A stretch of 62,682 bases of DNA, counting the filler, from Gemmatimonadota bacterium (GTDB taxonomy: Bacteria; 4572-55; J002), in assembly GCA_003697105.1 (NCBI GenBank). It is 5 parts of 5 records of this genome, joined end to end, with 100 filler letters (N's around TTAATTAATTAA, not from the genome) between each part and the next. Parts side by side here need not be neighbours in the genome. Positions count along the whole stretch, not along the records: positions 32,233 to 56,922 come from RFFQ01000010.1; positions 57,023 to 62,682 come from RFFQ01000084.1; 3 more parts are not named here. The stretch is one strand, 5' to 3'. A program made the position numbers and the translations under genes. The notes beneath the pieces are model-generated. The model saw nothing but the letters and a program-made list of their open reading frames with translations. It did no database searches and had not been told where the DNA came from. Shown here one piece after another: positions 50,901 through 58,977 of this stretch. The first letter of the stretch is position 1, and every line of letters begins with the position of its first letter.

Positions 50901-53900
50901 GGGTGGTATCTCCCGCACCTAAAGTCCGTGCGCCGACCGTGATTGAAATCGATAAGGTGGTGGGGTCGGTATCGCGCATACCCTGCGGCACGGTATCCCG
51001 AAAGACGGTTTCATAGGCAACTCCATCCCCGACATTATCAAACGTAACGGTATAATTGACAATCTGCGTTCCCGAGACCGGATTACCGGTGGTCTGTGTC
51101 TTGACAAAATTCGCAAATTCCGGCTCATTGACATACGTGGTGACGGTATTCGTAACGGAACTTAACTGCGTCCCCACATCATCATTGATGTAATTCCACG
51201 TGAAATAGCCGGTATTACTGAACGAATCGGTACTATCGACCGGGCTTCCCCCATTGAACGTGGAATCCACACGAGCGGTAATATCAATCGTTACCGTTAA
51301 CCCTGCGGCGCCACCGAAAAGAGAATCAAACTCGGCACCGCTCACTTGGACCAGAGTTGTCCCATTCCCTTGCGGTGTCTCCGTAATCGTCCCATGCGTG
51401 GTACTGGTGTTTAGAACCGTTAGCCCATCTGGGATGGTATCGCGGAAGACGACATCGTAAGCAGTAGCACTATCCGGCACAATAAACTGAATCTGGTAAT
51501 AAATTTCCTCACCGATCTGCACCGAATCCCCATCCGCCGGCGCATGATACTGGGTCGTCACCGATTTAGACGAGGTGGGACCTCGCGTATAAAACGTATT
51601 ACAATCTGGACCCACTTGGGTATAGACGCGCTCTGGGGTGACATAGGCACTGTCCGCGGGACCGGTGAAGTTCCCATACTGGGCCGTATCTTTAATGGAG
51701 GTATAACTGAGCACAGCGGCACAGTTCTGCATGGTAACACCTGCCCCAATGGAGGAATCAACCGTCGCGGTATAGGTTATCGTAATGACTTCATTGGGGT
51801 CCACCACGGCAGTAGCGGTGGTATCAAACGCAATGGTGAGTACCCCTGTACCGCTGTTAAAACTGGCGTTAAAATCCGTTCCGGAGGTAAATGCACCATC
51901 GGTACTACTGGTAATTGCTACCGTACCAGAAGGATCGGTTAAGCGCATTCCGATAGGCAACGTATCCACCACCACTACATCATAGGCAGGGGAATCAAAG
52001 TTATAGCCGGGGTAATTATTATCAAAAGTCAACGTAAAGGGGATATTTTCGTTTGCTTGTACCGTATCATCGGGGGTCGTGTGGGTCTTCGTAAAACTGA
52101 TAATCTGCGGTTCGATGACATAATAACGGATATTAGGACCGTAATCTTCATCTTGGGTCGTCGGATTCCCATTTTCATCGTACGTATCCCAATTAAAATC
52201 ATTCACACCGCGATTTTGGGTCCGGACTCGCAGTTCATCGCTAACGTCCACGACCCCGTTGAGTGGACCCGCCTCATTTTGCCCACTGCCACCCCCGTGA
52301 TAATTGCTCATGACACTCGCAATAACGGTAATGGTGACCAGTGAGTCGCTCGCTCCGGCCCGGATTCGATCCCATTGGACTTCAAAACCACGATACGTCC
52401 CTGTCCGAATATAATTGAAAATATTGGGGTTATCTCCACCATTAATGGTAATTTCCTGAATTTCCCAGCCATCATCCAATTGAATCAACGCATTTGGATT
52501 ATAGGCTTGCGTATATGCCGGCACGGTAATTTCGTAGGTAATGGTGGTATATTCCCCAATGGTAATATGGGGGCGATTTGATCCACCGTCATATGTGGTG
52601 GACTGCTGTCGCGTAAAGCTACGGGAAAGCGTGACATTGGGGGTCTGAAAACTAATGGATTGCAACAAGTTCGGGTCATACGTGCGTTCATTTGCACTGG
52701 TATCTGGCATGGAGGTATAACCGGTTATATCTGCATAATTGGAGAGGGTCACCAAGGTTTGACCAGCGGTTGCGATTCCATTTGCCGAGATGGTATCATC
52801 AACATCCACCGTGTACTGAATAAAGAGCGTATCCAAGGGTGCCAGACCCCCTTGGGTGCTATCTCCTTGCGTTTTGAAGGTTAAAATACCTGTTGCCGCC
52901 GTGTAGGTGGTATCAATAACCCCTAACACGACGAGATCACGGGTGCTACCGGCATCTGGACGGATTTCCACCGTATTGATCGTGGGTGTTGCATTTCGCA
53001 TCCCATACGGCAGAGTATCCGCAATGGTAATTTGATATGCCGGAGACGTTCCACTGTTGACCGCCCGCAACGTGAACACAATTGTGGAATCCCCATTGAT
53101 CGTGCCCGAAATGTTACTGGTTTTGCTGAATGTACTGACGTTTGGCTCAACAATATAATAATCAATGGTACGGGACATCGTCGTCGGGAAAGCGTTATGA
53201 TTGTAATTGACCCCGTAAATGGAAAAATCGGTATAACCGGTATTCGGTAGTTGGGTGGGAATGGTGTAATCATTTCCCGGCACATCCTGCGGTCGCGTGG
53301 CATATTGGATAACAACTTCCCCTTGACCTCCTGGACTCACAAAATCCGCCACAGTCCAGACCAATGACGGCGCCGTTGAATCGGATAACGTGACGGTCGA
53401 ACCGGTGGTATTGGTAATAATACTGAAACTGCCCGGCACATACTCCATACCGGTCGAAATGGAATCACCAATGGTCACTCCGGTATAATTCCCCGCGGCA
53501 AACAGATTGAGCGAATCTCGATGGAAAATGGGATTCCCGATGGTTCCATAGGCGGTGCTGTCTGAGGTCACGGCGCCGGGCTGCACGGTGGACCAGTGAA
53601 CTTTGTTAAATTCCACTCCGGCAACCGTTACAATCGCCGGGGTCGTATCATAGCTATGGCGGCAGATACGGGTACCCGCGCCATCCACACACCAGCCTTC
53701 CACTACACCCAATACATTAAGGGAATCGGGCCCAACAATCGCGCTAAAAACCGCCGATTTGGTATCATTTCCGCCAGCCGCTTCAATGGTATCAATATCG
53801 GTATAATCCCAATAAAGAACGCTATCACCGATAATCGTTGCCACACCTAATGAATCTACCCCGCCTCCTTGTCCACTTTCTTGCACGATACTACTAAATC

Positions 53901-56900
53901 CGTTACCGAGTTCAATGTTGAGATAAAGAGAATCCGCGGCACCATCTCCCACATTCGTCAAGGTTACGGTAAATGTAACGCGTTGACCTAACCCTGCCGT
54001 TTGCAAGGTGGGTGTAATGTCGATATTCACATTGGGGGTGAGGGGATTAACGGTTGTCGTTGCAGGTGGGGATACAATTGGGTCACCGCATGTGTTGGTA
54101 TAATCTAGGTCAACAACATTATCACTTGTCGGTACGATACCGGGGTCACTATTCAAGTCGGAATCACAATAGGTACCATCACCTTCCACCCGAAACGTAA
54201 TGGTGATCCGCTCACCCGGGATGATGGTATCCACTTCGGTTGCCCATTGGATGATAGTACCACCGGCAGACGTATCGGGCTCCGTATCGGCAAAGGTACG
54301 TCCGGTGGGCAAACCGGTACTAATATACGTACTCGTAATCGTTGCCGTGCCCTGATCATAGACATAGCCTGTGGGTAGGGTATCCGTGACGACCACATTC
54401 CGCGCTACGGAACTCGGCATTCCACCGGTGGTATCGTTATCCACAATGATACGCATCTCACCGCCACAGGTGCTAAAATCTGCCGAGGAAACCACGCTTG
54501 TCGCCCCTGCCACCGAAGGTTGCGTCACCACGGTTCCAGAGGTGACACTGGTAAACAAATCCCGGCAACTACTGGCATTACATCCCCAATACACATACGC
54601 CAAATTCGTGACCGGGTCCACACAACTATCCACAACAGTATAAATATAATATTCCGACAACCCTAACGGCAGGTCCGATGCTAAGGTAAATTCATACGCT
54701 CCATTCACGATGTTGACACTACTGATCGCCGGTGCACTCCCTTGGGGAACAATTGTTTGATACTGCAAATTGGATGGAATACTATCCCGAATGAGAGCAT
54801 TCTGGGCAGTGGCATTTCCATTATTATAAATCTGAATGCGATAATAGACCGGTTCGTTATAGGACGCATAAATGGTATTACTCCACGACCCTGTCGTATC
54901 TTTTGCCACATCCTTATTTAAGGTGATGATCGGCTCTTTAATCTCGATGGTGATCGAGTTAGAGAGTGAAATTTCCGTTGCTGTTGAGGTGCCCGAGGTA
55001 TCCACTTGGCACGGAGTCGAATACCGCGCCACCGTACTGGTACGACGATTCGCCGAAAAATCACAGGTCGTACGAACTTCAAAGAAGATTTTGAGGGTAT
55101 CCCCCACATCCAGAGAGGCTAATTCAGGAATTTCGGTTTTCGTCCAGAGCAACAAGGTATCGCCGGCCGTAAAACCAGCCGGGTCATTTGTGGCGGTACG
55201 TGCACCACTATTGAGTTGAACTTTCGTCGTTCCGGTTTGATATTCAAACCCCGTTTGAAGAAAATCATACTCAGCTTCGATATTATAATCCGTAGTTGCC
55301 CCATTATTGATCAAATAGATTGCTAAGGTATCCGTCGAACACAACTCGACGGAATCTGGCACCACATTTCGCGCCCGTAAATTGGAGTTCGGGACGGTAA
55401 ATCGGGGAACACCATCTTTGACGATGGGTGTGGCACAACTTCCCGGACAGTTTTTGTACCATGTGGTGGTAGAAGAGGTCTGATCGGCTAAATCACAATC
55501 GGTCCCTTTCAGACGGGTAAAAACGGTAATGGTATCCGTTTGACCGGGCGCAAGGTCGCCCAAATCAATATCAAAGGTTGTCTTGTTGACTTGATAATTA
55601 AACGTAATCAATGAATCTTGACGACTACCGTTCACATAGACGGAATCCAGCCGCAGATGTTGCCCAATGGAATCATATAAGGCCGTATTAAAAGCGGTGC
55701 CGCTTCCGGAATTGGTCACATAAATAATCCAACTCGGGTTGATATTCTCGACGGTCACATCGTTTGGAGTAAAAATCACACTGACATCGGCAACAGTATT
55801 CAACAACGGTTCATCACTATTGGTCACTGAACCATATACCGTACCGCATGCATCTCGCTCGTGGAGTGCGACATTCAGCAATTTTGGCGTCCCGCAGATT
55901 TTAGTCAGGAGCAGTCGAATCGTTCCGGTGGCGCTGGTATTCGGCGTGTTCAGGAAGCGGAACACTAAACTATCAGCATAGGCGGTCGTATCCGAAGGCA
56001 ATACCCCACCAAATCCGGTGATCGATGTGACGGAATTATACAGGTAATTTGTCGTTTCAATAACAACTTCAACGGTATCCGCATTCCAGTTGGAACCGGA
56101 AACACCCACCAGATCAATATCAACGGAGATCGTATCACAATCGGCAACAATATTTCGTGAAAAATTAGGAGTAATGGTGATATTGGGGGTCGGAATGGTA
56201 AACGACAGATTATCCGTGGCAAAAGCTGGGTCGGTACAATTATAATCTACCCGGGCGTTAATACTCGTGGTGGGGGTACAATCGTTATAAATTTTTGCCT
56301 GAATCGTTCCCGTACCGACAGGCAAGCTCGAGCCAGCAAAAGAAAATCGCGTGCTGTCCCCCAACGTGATAATGGTCGGCTTAATATTCCCAAAGCCACT
56401 AACACTGTTGGTATCCACGAACACATAATCGGGGTGAATTAAGGTTACAAAAACCGAATCGGCGGTGTAATTGGTAATATTTAGGTCAATATCCACATCA
56501 AAGGTATCAAAGACGGCCGCCGCTTGGGAAAGAGCAAGGGTAATCCCCGGATTCGATTGCACAAAATTAACCGTCTGGACATAATCCCCATTACCACCGC
56601 CCCCACAACCGGCATTGTTACCGTTAATCGACAAGGTGGAAGTAGTCGGATACGTGAGGGTGGAATCGGGTCCGATATTGGGCGGGTCAAATGAGAGATC
56701 GTATTGGATAATCAGTTGGTCACCACGCACAAAATCATCGGCTTCATCGAATAAAAAGTCCAGTGTGATGTAGATCGAATCATTCGAGACGGTTGAATCC
56801 GCAACTGGAATCGGGTTGGGACCAAACACGGTGGAGTTGCTATCCGTTAAAGTGTAGGTGAGATTTCCTGCATATTGCATATTGGGATGGGTTGTAGTTG

Positions 56901-56922
56901 CCAAAAAGGTGGAATTGGTCCA
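47950..56922 (-). CDS. Giant DUF11 / isopeptide-domain repeat surface protein (>2980 aa), N-terminus lost in the gap
   Basis: Frame is open up to the gap (WTNSTFLATT...); repeated K...Y.I...N.G...A..V.I.D(T/S)(L/I)P.G...N.A modules; T/S/D-rich. Confidence 0.88.
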   Translation of the reverse strand, partial: WTNSTFLATTTHPNMQYAGNLTYTLTDSNSTVFGPNPIPVADSTVSNDSIYITLDFLFDEADDFVRGDQLIIQYDLSFDPPNIGPDSTLTYPTTSTLSINGNNAGCGGGGNGDYVQTVNFVQSNPGITLALSQAAAVFDTFDVDIDLNITNYTADSVFVTLIHPDYVFVDTNSVSGFGNIKPTIITLGDSTRFSFAGSSLPVGTGTIQAKIYNDCTPTTSINARVDYNCTDPAFATDNLSFTIPTPNITITPNFSRNIVADCDTISVDIDLVGVSGSNWNADTVEVVIETTNYLYNSVTSITGFGGVLPSDTTAYADSLVFRFLNTPNTSATGTIRLLLTKICGTPKLLNVALHERDACGTVYGSVTNSDEPLLNTVADVSVIFTPNDVTVENINPSWIIYVTNSGSGTAFNTALYDSIGQHLRLDSVYVNGSRQDSLITFNYQVNKTTFDIDLGDLAPGQTDTITVFTRLKGTDCDLADQTSSTTTWYKNCPGSCATPIVKDGVPRFTVPNSNLRARNVVPDSVELCSTDTLAIYLINNGATTDYNIEAEYDFLQTGFEYQTGTTKVQLNSGARTATNDPAGFTAGDTLLLWTKTEIPELASLDVGDTLKIFFEVRTTCDFSANRRTSTVARYSTPCQVDTSGTSTATEISLSNSITIEIKEPIITLNKDVAKDTTGSWSNTIYASYNEPVYYRIQIYNNGNATAQNALIRDSIPSNLQYQTIVPQGSAPAISSVNIVNGAYEFTLASDLPLGLSEYYIYTVVDSCVDPVTNLAYVYWGCNASSCRDLFTSVTSGTVVTQPSVAGATSVVSSADFSTCGGEMRIIVDNDTTGGMPSSVARNVVVTDTLPTGYVYDQGTATITSTYISTGLPTGRTFADTEPDTSAGGTIIQWATEVDTIIPGERITITFRVEGDGTYCDSDLNSDPGIVPTSDNVVDLDYTNTCGDPIVSPPATTTVNPLTPNVNIDITPTLQTAGLGQRVTFTVTLTNVGDGAADSLYLNIELGNGFSSIVQESGQGGGVDSLGVATIIGDSVLYWDYTDIDTIEAAGGNDTKSAVFSAIVGPDSLNVLGVVEGWCVDGAGTRICRHSYDTTPAIVTVAGVEFNKVHWSTVQPGAVTSDSTAYGTIGNPIFHRDSLNLFAAGNYTGVTIGDSISTGMEYVPGSFSIITNTTGSTVTLSDSTAPSLVWTVADFVSPGGQGEVVIQYATRPQDVPGNDYTIPTQLPNTGYTDFSIYGVNYNHNAFPTTMSRTIDYYIVEPNVSTFSKTSNISGTINGDSTIVFTLRAVNSGTSPAYQITIADTLPYGMRNATPTINTVEIRPDAGSTRDLVVLGVIDTTYTAATGILTFKTQGDSTQGGLAPLDTLFIQYTVDVDDTISANGIATAGQTLVTLSNYADITGYTSMPDTSANERTYDPNLLQSISFQTPNVTLSRSFTRQQSTTYDGGSNRPHITIGEYTTITYEITVPAYTQAYNPNALIQLDDGWEIQEITINGGDNPNIFNYIRTGTYRGFEVQWDRIRAGASDSLVTITVIASVMSNYHGGGSGQNEAGPLNGVVDVSDELRVRTQNRGVNDFNWDTYDENGNPTTQDEDYGPNIRYYVIEPQIISFTKTHTTPDDTVQANENIPFTLTFDNNYPGYNFDSPAYDVVVVDTLPIGMRLTDPSGTVAITSSTDGAFTSGTDFNASFNSGTGVLTIAFDTTATAVVDPNEVITITYTATVDSSIGAGVTMQNCAAVLSYTSIKDTAQYGNFTGPADSAYVTPERVYTQVGPDCNTFYTRGPTSSKSVTTQYHAPADGDSVQIGEEIYYQIQFIVPDSATAYDVVFRDTIPDGLTVLNTSTTHGTITETPQGNGTTLVQVSGAEFDSLFGGAAGLTVTIDITARVDSTFNGGSPVDSTDSFSNTGYFTWNYINDDVGTQLSSVTNTVTTYVNEPEFANFVKTQTTGNPVSGTQIVNYTVTFDNVGDGVAYETVFRDTVPQGMRDTDPTTLSISITVGARTLGAGDTTLLYDGTVFTIEFDSTANTPVYPGETVTINYQLQVDASIGTSAYMVNHAVVDTFSSLPGSTPFERVYQSTQNDTALAFTDGLPTQIKNQYSVFVDPSPTDSTDVVTTIGDTLYYIIEFDVPNQTTAYQSVFLDTLPDGVSLVDLRFQNNSGSIDTLYTGLGDTIALSLGSLPGNATVNPYRITMRTNVDQQYFGGSPDVARDSVLTNRAGFRWNTINGNPASVTQIQSNPVQATIIEPTISNLVKNLDVPPVAPNLGTDGNGNPIVRPGVSSVNYTVTFQNTGNSAAYDVVIRDTIPAEMNGTEPTITTFTSGGRALTDGVDYSRSYTAATGEWIITLITNASNATARVDTAETVLLEYTATLNSEIMESSKLITNRVDVIDYSTLPGNLPLERDTDSTPAYADVGPDSAGVVAIEGATITKTPTGTTWRIGDRQSYTLTVELPRQTVIYYPVVVDTLPEATRMDTTTVSYGRSDASITDPNTALTSFDISDSLNSFRRFIPRWEFNPITNANTSPESIYVYYTVDVTGKNSTGQNLFLNTSVDGTVTNNASVNWNYVNHGFSDDLAADYESRYASTSHTIVQPRMSITKTADKQTVAAGDTVRYRIEVVNSGSSPAKAYDIIITDVVPNGMRSDNPLTGSPAPAYEINNVATTPSLAVYDSTTGRITWTFGSGDSLNSGGDSLVIYYSAIVDSNILDIVPLGTAFTNTAQVDTWYSHPTSTYRRKYSPGPDASATVHLGGIIILPDQSRTVPKGTRVHYFHDVTNLGSVPDDVNLSFTSSRGWAWAIYLDDGSGNPTGSPITSLSNVPAGGTVDIIVTAFVPTSTPDNAVDVTVFTATSVNNPAITSSVTDMTTVGDVQTGSMQLVKSVDKAVASPGDTLLYTVTYINAGADTLLQIDLSDPISEFVNIVYDGFDTGAGSQDIEFVRPDGSTIYLTADANDGDNDGGGYDGHSISIDFTNVNVNVLELTPGQSGQMSYKVTIK

Positions 56923-57022
56923 NNNNNNNNNNNNNNNNNNNNNNNNNNNNNNNNNNNNNNNNNNNNTTAATTAATTAANNNNNNNNNNNNNNNNNNNNNN
57001 NNNNNNNNNNNNNNNNNNNNNN
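56923..57022. other. Artificial contig/scaffold linker
   Basis: Same N44-TTAATTAATTAA-N44 spacer. Confidence 0.97.
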
Positions 57023-57314
57023 CAATGTAATTTCCCACTTGCCAGCACAAACTACCGCTGTGACTCAACACCCGAATCAGGTGATCGATTACCTTTTCCT
57101 GATCCTTTAAATACGTCTGAATGTTTCTCTGAGTTTCGTACTCTTTACCGATGTTGTACGGTGGTGAAGTGATGATTAATTGCACTCGGTTAGAAGGAAT
57201 TGTCTTCACGAAATCCAACACATTTCCGTGATAAAGATTGATGGTTTCGCCCTCAGAAAATTGGGTGACCAGACCGACCTTTGGTGGATCAAAAATCAGT
57301 TGCTGGTGAGACAT
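57023..57314 (-). CDS. Site-specific DNA amino-methyltransferase (beta class, SPPY motif, likely N4-cytosine), truncated by the gap
   Basis: LYHGNVLD...VQLIITSPPYNIGKEYE...RVLSHSGSLCWQVGNY; AGGAG RBS inside the upstream gene end. Confidence 0.85.
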
Positions 57315-57315
57315 G

Positions 57316-58743
57316 TTATTCTCCTATCGATTCATTTTTGTAGATCATCAATAACCCATCCGATTCACAAACTACAATGAGTTCTAGGTCGCCGTCGTTA
57401 TCCAAATCAGCGAGTTCTACATCGCGGGGGGCATCTGGGGTTTTAATGGTCTTCCATTCCCGAAAATACCGCCCGTTAAAGTTCAGCAGAATTTTCACCG
57501 AACCTTCGACATAATTAGCAACTACCAGGTCCATATCTGCATCGCCATCTACATCACCGGTTTTGATGGCGGTGGGCCAATTTCCACTGGGGTAATCCAA
57601 TTCGGGGTAGAAGGACCCATCCCCCCGGTTGATCAACACTGCGATAGAATCCCGCCCGGCATCTGCCGCGATCAAATCCAGAAAACCATCTTTATTCAAA
57701 TCGGCGGAATGCAACGCTGTCGGATAGCCTCCGAGTTCCACATCGATCTTATCTGCTAATTTGGCGTTGCCCTCATTCATAAACAGACTGACCGTATTGG
57801 TATAGCGATTTGCAACGGCGACATCAAACCGCCCATCCACATTCCAATCCCCCGTCACCACGCTCGAAACCGAGTTTCCGGTGGTAAACGTGAGGGGGTC
57901 TAGCAGATTCCCATCACCGGTATTCAAAAAGAGTGAAATATTGTCATCTTCAAAGTTGGCTACAATGACTTCCAAAAAACCATCATTGTCCAGATCGACC
58001 GCATCCACGGCAATGGGTTGTGTCCCGCAAGGGCTACCCACCTCCTGCCCAAATTGACCGGTGCCATCGTTCAAAAACACGGTAATTTCATTGGTTTGGG
58101 CGCGGGGGATTAGCAAATCGAGGTCGCCATCCAGTTCAATGTCTGTCGCCAAAATGCTGGAAGGCTCACCCGCCGCGCGATACTCCATTTTGGTGAATTG
58201 GTAATCCCCGTGATTGATGAATACCGTGACGGAGTGCGAACCTTGATTGGCAATAGCTAAATCAAGGTCGCCATCGGCTTCGGCATCAAACGCCACAACC
58301 GCTTGGGGCCACCGCCCCACTTTCCGGGGATCCATCGACTCGAAATTGCCAAGTGAGGGGCGCGTTTCAATCTGAAATTGCCAGCCAAAATCATCTAAAA
58401 ATGGTGTCCCATCTGCCGGAATAATTTTGTGTGTGACAATCACGGTAACCCGTTCCCCGGGAAAAAATGCCCGGGAAGACCGAAATGTGACGGTATGCGT
58501 TGCCCGATCATACGAAAATTGCTCCGTATGTTGCCCAGATTGCGATCCCATGATACGAATCCCCGCTGGGCCAATTTCCCATAAGTTCAACGGATTGGAA
58601 AAACGCAACACGACCGGCGAGATCCGTTTTACATCTTGGGCATTAATCGGGGGGGCTAACGCCGTGATACGAGTGCTATCCGCCGCTAGCGAGATTCCCC
58701 ACGCCACAAACAGAAAAAAAAGAATGAGATACCGAATTTTCAT
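57316..58743 (-). CDS. Secreted Ig-like (Big_5/SbsA-type) + FG-GAP/VCBS repeat protein
   Basis: GAGGAG RBS before ATG 58743; signal peptide; FFPGERVTV Ig domain; about seven DxDxDGxLD repeats. Confidence 0.85.
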   Translation of the reverse strand: MKIRYLILFFLFVAWGISLAADSTRITALAPPINAQDVKRISPVVLRFSNPLNLWEIGPAGIRIMGSQSGQHTEQFSYDRATHTVTFRSSRAFFPGERVTVIVTHKIIPADGTPFLDDFGWQFQIETRPSLGNFESMDPRKVGRWPQAVVAFDAEADGDLDLAIANQGSHSVTVFINHGDYQFTKMEYRAAGEPSSILATDIELDGDLDLLIPRAQTNEITVFLNDGTGQFGQEVGSPCGTQPIAVDAVDLDNDGFLEVIVANFEDDNISLFLNTGDGNLLDPLTFTTGNSVSSVVTGDWNVDGRFDVAVANRYTNTVSLFMNEGNAKLADKIDVELGGYPTALHSADLNKDGFLDLIAADAGRDSIAVLINRGDGSFYPELDYPSGNWPTAIKTGDVDGDADMDLVVANYVEGSVKILLNFNGRYFREWKTIKTPDAPRDVELADLDNDGDLELIVVCESDGLLMIYKNESIGE

Positions 58744-58875
58744 CAAGATTCTCCTCTGGAGGATGTTTCGTATTGCGCAAAGTATTGAACCGGCTGTCAA
58801 AAGTCAATGATTTTGGTTTGTGGTGCTGAATTTTCGGCAAAACCACCTCAATTCAGGCTATAGTATATATTTTTG

Positions 58876-58904
58876 TTGCATTTAACACGGATTTATGGTA
58901 TTAT
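58876..58904 (+). promoter_or_regulatory. Sigma70-type promoter
   Basis: TTGCAT, 17-nt spacer, TATTAT with extended TG. Confidence 0.55.
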
Positions 58905-58977
58905 AAGCAATGACTTAAAGTAAATTATTAAGTCTATCCTTGGTGAGAAATCTTATTTGAACAAGAGGCGCCCAATC

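Noticed and set aside
12318-57022. Palindromic TTAATTAATTAA repeated four times within N runs
   Set aside because: It is an artificial six-frame-stop contig linker. ORF ends at 12370, 23871, 23868 and 56967 are artefacts.
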